From: Candidatus Latescibacterota bacterium
GTDB taxonomy: Bacteria > Latescibacterota > UBA2968 > UBA8231
Length of the DNA stretch: 64,000 bases
Assembly: GCA_965242865.1 (NCBI GenBank)
Contig: CBDETK010000013.1
Span: 4,608,001-4,672,000 of the forward strand
Direction of reading: 5' to 3'
Shown: positions 18,394 to 26,974 of the stretch, piece by piece
Position numbering within the stretch: the first letter of the stretch is position 1
How the letters are laid out: each line of letters opens with the position of its first letter
Notes under the pieces: generated by a model
What the model was told of the DNA's origin: nothing
The model's database searches: none
Seen by the model: the letters and a program-made list of their open reading frames with translations, nothing else
Program-made: the position numbers and the translations under genes

Positions 18394-19365
18394 TTGAAAG
18401 CCATCAAAACGAATGAGAAGGGGTCGGCTGAGGTGCTGGTCGCGTTTGTTTTTTTAGGGCTGATGCTATGGATGACAGTAGGCTCAGTTAAACCGGCTCT
18501 GGCGCATTATCCCGCAGGAGTGGCCTACAGAGCTTTTCAATTTCCCGACCACTTGGTCCCCGCCATTGACGGAGACTTGAAAGATTGGGAAGTTGTAGGC
18601 GACTCTTACGTCGTATTAACGGATCAGTTTCACGATCTAATTAGTCCAGAAGTTGAGGCGAGTGATTCGGATGATTTTGCTGCTCGTCTCATGGTAGGGT
18701 GGAACAAAGCGGAGAACAGAATTTACATAGCCGCTCAGGTCCGCGATGATATACACCAAATCGATCGTCCCGCTGGCAGTGCTACGATGCTTTTCCAAGA
18801 CGACGCGATGGAATTGTTTATTGACGCGGACCACTCAGGTGGACAATTTGCGAATTTCACCGAGTTGAGCCACGAAGAGCAGAGGCGGCGCAACGGGGCT
18901 GAGGCCAACCATTTCGTTTTGGCTGGCCCGCCGCCCGACGAGGATTTTTTCGTCAACTTTTCCGCCGCCGCTTGGTACGCGCTACCCGATGGCCCCTATT
19001 CCGGCGCGGCGGTCGAGTTTATCGGTGTCTTGGGAGGAGAGGGCGTGACGAATTACGAAGTCATGCTCGTGCCATTTGATCGGGTCGATATCAATGCGGT
19101 CTTTCAAAGCGAAGAGCATATCTTGCAAGAAAATGAAATCCTTGGTTTTAACGTAGAGTTTAACGACTTCGACGTGCATTCAGAGCTTTTTGACGCTAAA
19201 TGGTCGCTTTCGGGCCAACACAATTCTTATCGCTTTTCCGATCGCTTTACCGACTTGATCCTAATGCCACTAGAGGGTACTTTTACGGCTGTGGAGCCGA
19301 GGTCTTGGGGGCGTTTGAAAGCCTCTTTGCACACAGAGCAGTACCATCAAGGAGTTTCTGAATGA
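18394..19365 (+). CDS. Exported CBM9/DOMON-like protein with C-terminal TAVE..SWGRLK tail; start uncertain
   Basis: Signal peptide (..ALA-H); PAIDGDLKDW, VGWN..RIYIAAQVRDD, DAMELFIDADHSGG, GFNVEFNDFD; paralog of 39723..40613. Confidence 0.75.
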   Translation: MKAIKTNEKGSAEVLVAFVFLGLMLWMTVGSVKPALAHYPAGVAYRAFQFPDHLVPAIDGDLKDWEVVGDSYVVLTDQFHDLISPEVEASDSDDFAARLMVGWNKAENRIYIAAQVRDDIHQIDRPAGSATMLFQDDAMELFIDADHSGGQFANFTELSHEEQRRRNGAEANHFVLAGPPPDEDFFVNFSAAAWYALPDGPYSGAAVEFIGVLGGEGVTNYEVMLVPFDRVDINAVFQSEEHILQENEILGFNVEFNDFDVHSELFDAKWSLSGQHNSYRFSDRFTDLILMPLEGTFTAVEPRSWGRLKASLHTEQYHQGVSE

Positions 19366-20111
19366 TGAGTCCCACACGAGTATTATTATTCTTGGCCTTG
19401 GTTATCGGCTCGGGTGTGCTAGGCTGTGGATATAGCTATTACACGGGGCCATTGCAGCCCGGCCAAGATCAGGCCTCGTTGATCAGCGTGGCAGATGACG
19501 GGACCTTGACCTTTGCCCAAGATCGTTTTGAAGTGCGACTTAAGCCGATGACCGATGAAGAATTGAATCGCCAGTTTTTCAATAATTCCCAAGCAGGTCC
19601 TAAGTCCACAAACCCCTATACCTTTGGCAACACGGTATTTTGGGGGACGGATAAAGAAAAACAGCGATTTACCGTCTTCCGTCTCAGCGTTAAGAATTAC
19701 GCCTACCCCAAAGTCAGAATTGATCCGAGCAAAATCGTCGTCAAAGCGAGCAATAATCGCGAGTATTGGAGCCTCAACTTTGAGCAGCTCGACACGTATT
19801 ATCGCGCCTATGCCATAGGTTATAGAGGCAATGAATATGCCCGCTACCAAGAACGTCGCGACTTGCTGCGGCGGACGATGCTCAAAGACGAGGAGATCTT
19901 CAGCGGTCAAGAGACGGAGGGCTTCGTTGTTTTCCCCGTGCTCCACCCCGACGTGAGTGATATCGAAGTCCAAGTGCTCAATGTAATCCTGCGATTTGAC
20001 TTTCGCAACGAGCCGGTGGAGACCACCAATATTTCCTATAAATTCGTCCGAGATATCGGCAAAGTTTACAAGGACGGCACGGTCGTCCCTAGAGTTGCTA
20101 AGGCAAACTAG
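19362..20111 (+). CDS. Lipoprotein of unknown function; paralog of 1271..2029
   Basis: ATGA overlap with upstream gene; lipobox GVLG-C; collinear similarity with 1271..2029. Confidence 0.82.
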   Translation: MMSPTRVLLFLALVIGSGVLGCGYSYYTGPLQPGQDQASLISVADDGTLTFAQDRFEVRLKPMTDEELNRQFFNNSQAGPKSTNPYTFGNTVFWGTDKEKQRFTVFRLSVKNYAYPKVRIDPSKIVVKASNNREYWSLNFEQLDTYYRAYAIGYRGNEYARYQERRDLLRRTMLKDEEIFSGQETEGFVVFPVLHPDVSDIEVQVLNVILRFDFRNEPVETTNISYKFVRDIGKVYKDGTVVPRVAKAN

Positions 20112-20115
20112 CCTT

Positions 20116-20129
20116 TAAGCCTTTAAGCG
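20116..20129 (+). repeat. 14-bp direct repeat TAAGCCTTTAAGCG, copy 1
   Basis: Identical to 26943..26956; intergenic, just after a stop codon. Confidence 0.6.
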
Positions 20130-20154
20130 AGATTACCAAGGAGGAGTTGGCATT

Positions 20155-21117
20155 ATGAAATCTCTGAAAATGCTTAGTGTTTTAGTCGGCTTGCTGTTAG
20201 TCGCCCAATCAAGCGAAGGGGTTGTGAACATTCAGAATGTCGGTTCGGGTGCTCGGGCGCAGGGGTTGGGCAACAGCTTCGTGGCGGTGGCAGACAATGC
20301 GGATGCCGTGTTTGCCAACCCGGCGGGGTTGGGTCAGGTGTCGGGTCGTCAGGTTTCCTACACGAACGTGTCGCTGTTGTATGTGGGAATTGACGGCAAT
20401 GATCTGGGGCAACACGTGGTTTCGTACGCGCAGCCGCTGGGCGACAAGCTGGGGCTGGGGTTGGGCTATGAGCGGATCGGCTCGTCGCTGATGAGCGAGA
20501 ACGGGGCGTTTGTGTCGGTGTCGTATCAGGTGCAGCGTCGGCTGCAGGTGGGGGTGTCGGCCAAGTATTTGTTTTGGAGTGTCGGCGCGATTCCCCCCGA
20601 TCCCGATAATGGGCGGGAGGATCCGGTATCAAACAAGAGCGCGGGCAATGTGGGCTTGGATTTGGGGTTGTTGTGGCAGAGTCCGGTGGCTGGGGCGCAG
20701 GTGGGGGTGTTGTTGAAGAACATCAATCAGCCGAATGTGAAGTGGGGCGAGGTCAAAGACGCCAGCGGCCAGGTGGATTCGGATGCGGGTGGGTTGCCGA
20801 TGGATGTGCATATTGGAGTGGGCTATCGTCTGAGCAGCCAGTCGTTGGTGTCGGTTCAGTATGTGCGTCACGATGCGACGGGGGATGGTTCGGACAACAG
20901 GGTGGTGGTTGGGGGGGAGACGCAGTTGTTGGAGGGGCTGGTGTTGCGTGCGGGGGGTCGTCGCTTGCTGTCGGATTCAGAGGATTCGGGTGCGGGCTTG
21001 AACGCGGGGTTGGGGTATCAGTGGAACCAGTTGGTATTCGATTATGCCTATGACATCGGCTTGGAGTTGACCGATACCAATGGAGCGCACCGGTTCTCCT
21101 TTGCCTACGAATTCTAA
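20155..21117 (+). CDS. PorV/PorQ-like (FadL-fold, UPF0164-like) outer-membrane beta-barrel
   Basis: AAGGAGG RBS; signal peptide; GARAQGLGNSFVAVADNADAVFANPAGL; GLDLGLLW, LVLRAG, GLNAGLGY, FDYAY, terminal HRFSFAYEF beta-signal. Confidence 0.85.
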   Translation: MKSLKMLSVLVGLLLVAQSSEGVVNIQNVGSGARAQGLGNSFVAVADNADAVFANPAGLGQVSGRQVSYTNVSLLYVGIDGNDLGQHVVSYAQPLGDKLGLGLGYERIGSSLMSENGAFVSVSYQVQRRLQVGVSAKYLFWSVGAIPPDPDNGREDPVSNKSAGNVGLDLGLLWQSPVAGAQVGVLLKNINQPNVKWGEVKDASGQVDSDAGGLPMDVHIGVGYRLSSQSLVSVQYVRHDATGDGSDNRVVVGGETQLLEGLVLRAGGRRLLSDSEDSGAGLNAGLGYQWNQLVFDYAYDIGLELTDTNGAHRFSFAYEF

Positions 21118-21170
21118 AACCAAAAAGCCCCCGATGAACTCCAAATTAGTATAGACAAGGAGATGCACAA

Positions 21171-24100
21171 ATGACGGTCTGGGCCGGACTTATCGCGCTG
21201 GGATTGGGGCTAGGAGCTAGCCTTTTTCTGCCGGTGCCGCAAAATCTGAAGACCAGTTTTGACGCCGGACAATCTCTCTATGCCCTTGGCGAGTTTGAAG
21301 GGGCGATCATTGAGTATTCAAAGATCGTCAAGTTTGATAGCAGGGCCGTGCGCACCGATAGTGTACGGGTGATGTTTGGCAACGACTTGGAATTACCCGT
21401 AGTCGCGGCGGCTTGGTATCAGCTAGGCAATGCTTACAAAAAGAGCGGACAGCACGAAAAAGCGGTGGAGGCCTACCGCCAAGTTATTGATGTAGGGAGC
21501 GTGGCCGAGGATTTCAAGTCGTTAGTGCAGTTCCAAGTCGCCGAGACCCGCTTCCTCGCCAAAGAGTACGGCGAGGCCGCAAAGGAATACAAGCGCTATG
21601 TCGAGTTGTTTCCCGAAACGAAGGAAGCCGGCAAGGCGTATTTTTACGCGGGCTGGAGCGAGTTTAATACCAAAGAATACGACCAGTCCATCGAAACGCT
21701 CAACGGCATGTTGGCGGCTTATCCGCAAGATCGCTACGCGCCGGATTCTCAGTTCCGCATCGCCAGTGCGCTTTATGAGAAGGGCGATTACGCCCAAGCC
21801 GTTGAGATGACCCAGGTAGTCCTCGACAAGTATCCCAATAGTCCGGTCATTGCCCAAGCCCTCTATCTGAAGGCCAATGCCTATGACCAGATGGGGCGCG
21901 ACGCGGAGGCGATTAAAGCCTACCGCGATGTGCGCGACCTCTACGACCGGATGTTTGAACTCTTGCGCGGCTCGTTCCGCGAGGGTAAGAACGTCGATTT
22001 TGAAAACTATCGACAGCTTTTTGAGACCTCCTCATTGCGCGTCGCTGAGATTTTCCGTAAAACAGACCAGTTTGAGGAAGCCTATCAAGAGTTGATCGCG
22101 GCCCAAGAAACCGCTGAGGAGCGCTTTTATAAGGCCAAGGTGCAGATGAGAATCGGCGACAACTACATGGAGTGGAATAAGTTCGACGAGGCATGGACCG
22201 CTTATAACCAAGTGATCGAACTCTACGGGGATACGCCGTACCCACCTAACGCTCAGTATCAGAAAGGCGAAGCTAAATACTTCGCCGGAGACTACGCGGC
22301 TGCCCGTGAAGACTACCTCCAACTGTTGGAAGACTACCCGGACAGCGATACGGGTTTGCGCTCCGCAGCACTCTACAGCGCAGGTTGGTCCGCTGAGAAA
22401 TTCGGCGGGGTGGACCAAGCTATCGCAAGCTATACGCAAGCAGTGGACAACTTCCCCCGCTCCGATCAAGCTCCGTTGTGCTTGTTGCGCATTGCTCGGC
22501 TCAGCTACGAGCAGCAGAAAGTCGATGAGGCCATTGAAGCCTACAAGGCCATAACGGAGAGCTATCAGGATACGCGGCATACGGCTGATGCGTACTATGG
22601 CCTTGGTATTCTCTACCGCGACGAGGATCGGAAAGACGAGGCCGTTGCTGCTTTTTCCAAAGTGGACCGCGACGCCCGCGAGACGTACATCGCCGCGCTG
22701 ATTGAGGCGGCCAATATCTATATTTCCCAAGATCGCACTGCCGAGGGGCGTGCGTTGCTCAATCAATTGCTGGAAGGTGTAACCGGCGACCGCGACTTGG
22801 AGGCTAGGGCCCATTTCCAGATGGCCCAACTCGACCTCAACAACAAAAACTACGTCGACGCAGTCGAGCGTTACAGCTTGGTGCTTGAAGAATACCCAGA
22901 GAGCGATGTCATTCGCGATACCCGCTACGGTCGTGCATTGGCCTATCACTATTCGGGCCGCTACGACCGTGCGCTGGTCGATTACAAGTGGCTATTGGAC
23001 ACCAAAATTCCCAAGGCTATGCAGCTAAAGGTCACGTTCTCAATGGCCCTCTCGTACTCTGCGGAAGGCAACGACGAAGAGGCCGAGAAGCTGCTAAACG
23101 AAGTCGTTGCTTCAGGGGACGAGAGCTTGGTGCGTTCGGCGAGGTTGCAGCTGATCTCAATGGCCGAAAAGAAGGGCAATCCAGAGGAAGCCGTACATAT
23201 CTACGAGGAGATGTTGGCTACTACTACCTCTAGCGAAGACCGGGAGCGTTTACTCATTCGCTTGGCCAATGCCTACTTCAAATTGGATAAGTTTCAACAG
23301 AGCATTGATGCGGCTCAGGAGCTAATTGACTTGGCCATCAATGCCGAGAGCATTGCCAACGCACTCTTCGTCCAAGGCAACTGCTTCTATAAGTCGGAGC
23401 AATTCGTCCAAGCGATTGCTACTTATAACACCATTATCGAAAATTACCCGCAGATTGCTTGGGCCAGAAACGCTCAGTTCCAGATCGGCGTAGCGTATAA
23501 CAGGCTATCGGCCAACGGCAATGTCGAAGTACTTCCAGCCATGTCAAAGGCGTTCAATGCCTATTACACTCAATATCCCGAAGATGACCGCGCGGTGCAT
23601 GCCTACTACTACGATGCTTGGGCGCATTATCGGATGGGTAAATGGCGCGCTGCCAGCGATATTTTTGCCAGCCTAGCAAATAAGTATCCTCAGTCTCGCT
23701 ATGCCTCTGAGGCACTCTTTCGCGCTGGTGATGCCCTGTTTAACATGACCAACCGGAGCGGCGCAGAGAACAAAAACCAGAACTTCCTAGACGCCATGGT
23801 TTTCTACAACCGCATCATTAAGGGCTATCCTAGGTCGAGTCATGTGGACGACGCGCTTTACAACAAGGCTTGGTGCCTGATCAACCTTGACCGGAAGGAA
23901 GAGGCAGTGCCCGTCTTCGAGCGCATCGTTGCGGATCATTCCGATGGGACTTATGGGGCACGCAGCCAATTTACGCTCGGAGATTACTATTACGGCCTCA
24001 AGGACTATGAGAAGGCCACCGAGAGCTACCAAGCTTTCTTGGAGCGCTTTCCCGCTGATAAGCTGATTGCCCAAGATCGAGTGCTGCCCAAAAAGGCGAG

Positions 24101-24416
24101 AACCCTGCTCGGGCATTTGGCTGAGATCGATGCCTACAATCTTTATGCAACGGGCGAAAAGCTCTTAGCTGAGAAGAACTACGACGAGGCCATGGCGATT
24201 TTCAAGGAGGTGCAGCAGAAGTACCCCAAGAGCGACCAAGCTGTCAACTCGCTGGTCAACATCGGTGCTGCCTATATGGCCCAAGAGGAATTCCGCCAAG
24301 CCGGTGCTGTCTTTCAGGAGGTCGTCGATAACTATGGCGACAGTCCCAAGTACAGGACGCAGGTGGATTATGCCAGAGAGCAGCTAGAGGTAATGCAGGA
24401 AGCTCGCGTCCTATAA
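21171..24416 (+). CDS. Large TPR protein (1081 aa), BamD/CpoB-type repeats, N-terminal hydrophobic anchor
   Basis: AAGGAG RBS; roughly 20 or more TPRs with recurring YPxS..A.YxxG; N-terminal TM or signal. Confidence 0.88.
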   Translation: MTVWAGLIALGLGLGASLFLPVPQNLKTSFDAGQSLYALGEFEGAIIEYSKIVKFDSRAVRTDSVRVMFGNDLELPVVAAAWYQLGNAYKKSGQHEKAVEAYRQVIDVGSVAEDFKSLVQFQVAETRFLAKEYGEAAKEYKRYVELFPETKEAGKAYFYAGWSEFNTKEYDQSIETLNGMLAAYPQDRYAPDSQFRIASALYEKGDYAQAVEMTQVVLDKYPNSPVIAQALYLKANAYDQMGRDAEAIKAYRDVRDLYDRMFELLRGSFREGKNVDFENYRQLFETSSLRVAEIFRKTDQFEEAYQELIAAQETAEERFYKAKVQMRIGDNYMEWNKFDEAWTAYNQVIELYGDTPYPPNAQYQKGEAKYFAGDYAAAREDYLQLLEDYPDSDTGLRSAALYSAGWSAEKFGGVDQAIASYTQAVDNFPRSDQAPLCLLRIARLSYEQQKVDEAIEAYKAITESYQDTRHTADAYYGLGILYRDEDRKDEAVAAFSKVDRDARETYIAALIEAANIYISQDRTAEGRALLNQLLEGVTGDRDLEARAHFQMAQLDLNNKNYVDAVERYSLVLEEYPESDVIRDTRYGRALAYHYSGRYDRALVDYKWLLDTKIPKAMQLKVTFSMALSYSAEGNDEEAEKLLNEVVASGDESLVRSARLQLISMAEKKGNPEEAVHIYEEMLATTTSSEDRERLLIRLANAYFKLDKFQQSIDAAQELIDLAINAESIANALFVQGNCFYKSEQFVQAIATYNTIIENYPQIAWARNAQFQIGVAYNRLSANGNVEVLPAMSKAFNAYYTQYPEDDRAVHAYYYDAWAHYRMGKWRAASDIFASLANKYPQSRYASEALFRAGDALFNMTNRSGAENKNQNFLDAMVFYNRIIKGYPRSSHVDDALYNKAWCLINLDRKEEAVPVFERIVADHSDGTYGARSQFTLGDYYYGLKDYEKATESYQAFLERFPADKLIAQDRVLPKKARTLLGHLAEIDAYNLYATGEKLLAEKNYDEAMAIFKEVQQKYPKSDQAVNSLVNIGAAYMAQEEFRQAGAVFQEVVDNYGDSPKYRTQVDYAREQLEVMQEARVL

Positions 24417-24454
24417 CGTTGATTTCTTTGCGTCCTAACTTAAGGAGGAAAAAA

Positions 24455-25108
24455 ATGATTGAACTTTTTCGAGAAGGCGGACCTTTCATGTATCCTTTGG
24501 GGCTCTGGTCTATGCTTTCCATTGCGTTCTTTCTCGAGCGCATCTGGACTTATGCCCGGCTGCGCTCCGAGGATGAGTTGGCCGAAATCACCAACGATGT
24601 CAATGCGCGTATAGACTCGGGTGCTTCCATTGACCAACTCAAGGAGTACTGCTCCGAGGTCGGCAAGCTGGAAGGTGAGGTGTACGGCGAGGGGCTAGAG
24701 CGCTTTGAGCATTTGTCGCGCGAGCAGCGCACGATGGAGGAGATGCGCGAGGAAATGAACGGCACGGTTGAACGCGCCGCCTTGGGATACCTCGAACGGT
24801 ATCTGGCCGTTATTGACTTCGTCTCCAAATCCGTGGTGTTGCTCGGCCTGCTGGGTACGGTCAATGGTATGATCAATGCGTTTGAAGGTATTGCGGAAAA
24901 GGGTCTCGGTGAGCCGACGATCGTGGCCGCAGGTATCTCCGAAGCACTGATCACCACAGTTACCGGGCTGGTGATCGCCGTGCCTTCAATTGCTATCTTC
25001 ACGTACTTTAGCAACCGCGCCACAGGCAAGGCCGTTGAGTTTGAAGCATACGGCCACGGTTTTGTGGACGCCCTGCTGCGTCGCTGGCAAGGCACTCAGG
25101 CTGCCTAA
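24455..25108 (+). CDS. exbB: MotA/TolQ/ExbB proton-channel protein
   Basis: TAAGGAGG RBS; GGPFMYPL, LLGLLGTVNGMINAF, VAAGISEALITTVTGLVIAVP. Confidence 0.93.
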   Translation: MIELFREGGPFMYPLGLWSMLSIAFFLERIWTYARLRSEDELAEITNDVNARIDSGASIDQLKEYCSEVGKLEGEVYGEGLERFEHLSREQRTMEEMREEMNGTVERAALGYLERYLAVIDFVSKSVVLLGLLGTVNGMINAFEGIAEKGLGEPTIVAAGISEALITTVTGLVIAVPSIAIFTYFSNRATGKAVEFEAYGHGFVDALLRRWQGTQAA

Positions 25109-25141
25109 AGGCAGCTCTTCCTTTAAGGAGGGATGAGATAG

Positions 25142-25549
25142 ATGGCTCAGAGAGTAGATAAAAAAGAACTGACCATGCCCGACCTGACGCCGATGATCGA
25201 CGTGGTCTTTCAGCTACTCATCTTCTTCATGGTGACTGCTGTGTTCGCCATTACTCCAGGTTTGGACATCAAACTGCCCGAGGCCGAAGAAGCGCAGGCT
25301 CCGGAGAAGGAGAACCTTTTTATCGTCGTGGATCAGGACGGGAACATGAAGCTGAACCACAAATCGGTGACCTTTGCGACCCTCAAAGAGGAACTGCAGG
25401 CCAAGAGGCAGCTACTAGACAACACCACGATGATTATCATCCAAGGCGACGAGCGTTCCACGCACGGACAGATCGTCCAGATCATGGATATTGCTCGCCA
25501 AGTGGGCGTTGTTGATCAGGTCATCGCCACGGAACCGCAGCGCAACTAG
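25142..25549 (+). CDS. exbD: ExbD/TolR biopolymer transport protein
   Basis: DLTPMIDVVFQLLIFFMVT (catalytic Asp), IKLPEA, IIQGD..HGQIVQIMD. Confidence 0.95.
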   Translation: MAQRVDKKELTMPDLTPMIDVVFQLLIFFMVTAVFAITPGLDIKLPEAEEAQAPEKENLFIVVDQDGNMKLNHKSVTFATLKEELQAKRQLLDNTTMIIIQGDERSTHGQIVQIMDIARQVGVVDQVIATEPQRN

Positions 25550-25573
25550 GTCCTTCCAAGAGGGGGAAGAACT

Positions 25574-26935
25574 GTGGTAGACGAGTATAAAAAATCAGTA
25601 CAGGCCCAGCGCCAAAAAACGGCCTATATAGCGGTCGGCGCGGCCCTTTTTATTCACGTACTTTTCATCCTATCTAAGTGGGTGGTGATCGCGGCTGGCT
25701 TGGCGGGTGCCGGGGTGCTGTTATACGCCCTATATACGGCAACCACTGGCCGCCGGCTAAGCATGAGCGTGGCCTTTGTGCTCTCGGTCGCCATTCACGC
25801 TGGCGTCTTCGTTTATGATTATCTCTTTGGCATTGGCGAAGAACAGCAAAAAGAGGAGCTAATAATTTTCCGCGCTCCTCCGCCGATTCTCGAAAAGAAC
25901 TTCGACTTAGCCAAGCGTCCCGAGATATCCGAAGTGCAGATGGAGATGCTACAGTCGATGGCACCGCCGGATTTGTCGCAGGATATATCGGCGATAGCCG
26001 ATGTTAGCGCGGTAGGTAGCGACCTCCTGAGTTCGGTTTTGCCTGGTACGCAGGTTTTAGGGGCCTTCTCAGGGGCCAAGGCCGAGGAGTTGGCCTTTGA
26101 CGAGGTCGCGATGATCGAGCTGGCTGAAACGTCGGCGCCGGTGCAAGAGGCCCTGAGTCTGAGGCACGAATTGCTCAATGTCGGCGACTTGGACATTGGT
26201 CGCTACCAAGCGATCTTGATTCACGATCCAGACAACAAACGCAATATTCGCGGCTTCTTTAACATGACGGTCATCGACTACGACATCGCAGACAAGAACC
26301 GAGATCGGTTCCCAACAGCGGTAGAGGAGTTGATGCGCTATATGCGCGACCATACCCAAATCAATGCCCGCATTGAGGGCACGACCTTGGAGTTTTCGGA
26401 TCCGCGCATCATGGACGCCCCCATGATTTACGTGACGGGATGGGATGCCGTCTTGCAAATCAGCGATACAGAGAAGACCAACTTGGGTGAATATCTCAAG
26501 AACGGTGGTTTTCTCTATGCCGAGGAAATTCGCCATAGCGACGCTGAGAACCAGCTTGAAGGCAAAGAAGCCGGGGTTTCAGGTACGCCGTTTGACCGCC
26601 AATTCAAGGCAACAATGAAAGATCCGCTGGTGCTGGGTAGCGACGGCTCTAAGTGGCAGAAAGTGCCCAAGAGTCACCCGCTGTACTACAGTTTCTGGGA
26701 TTTTCCCGATGGCCCACCCATGGGCGGTGCCCCCGGTGGCAATGTGTTCGACTTGGAGATGCTGGAGTTGCGCGGTCGGGTGGCGGTGGTTTTCAGCGAC
26801 CTGAATATTAGTTGGTATTGGGGTGATCCGCTGGCCGATGCCCGAGAGCGCGGGTTGCAGTTCGGGGTCAACCTAATCGTCTATGCGTTGACCCAGCCGG
26901 GCGGCATCGCCAACGTGACTCAGTTTACCCAATAG
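25574..26935 (+). CDS. Membrane-anchored DUF4159-like protein with TonB-like TM/linker N-terminus
   Basis: TM with LSVAIH (SxxxH); acidic/Pro linker; C-terminal PMIYVTG, LGEYLKNGGFLYAE, HPLYYSFWDF, GRVAVVFS.., GVNLIVYALT. Confidence 0.75.
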   Translation: MVDEYKKSVQAQRQKTAYIAVGAALFIHVLFILSKWVVIAAGLAGAGVLLYALYTATTGRRLSMSVAFVLSVAIHAGVFVYDYLFGIGEEQQKEELIIFRAPPPILEKNFDLAKRPEISEVQMEMLQSMAPPDLSQDISAIADVSAVGSDLLSSVLPGTQVLGAFSGAKAEELAFDEVAMIELAETSAPVQEALSLRHELLNVGDLDIGRYQAILIHDPDNKRNIRGFFNMTVIDYDIADKNRDRFPTAVEELMRYMRDHTQINARIEGTTLEFSDPRIMDAPMIYVTGWDAVLQISDTEKTNLGEYLKNGGFLYAEEIRHSDAENQLEGKEAGVSGTPFDRQFKATMKDPLVLGSDGSKWQKVPKSHPLYYSFWDFPDGPPMGGAPGGNVFDLEMLELRGRVAVVFSDLNISWYWGDPLADARERGLQFGVNLIVYALTQPGGIANVTQFTQ

Positions 26936-26942
26936 CACTCTC

Positions 26943-26956
26943 TAAGCCTTTAAGCG
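26943..26956 (+). repeat. 14-bp direct repeat TAAGCCTTTAAGCG, copy 2
   Basis: Identical to 20116..20129. Confidence 0.6.
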
Positions 26957-26974
26957 GCAAAGAGATCAGATGCC

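Noticed and set aside
20155-26935. Calling this operon a canonical T9SS or Tol-Pal
   Set aside because: No recognisable GldK/L/M/N, SprA, TolB or Pal in the window
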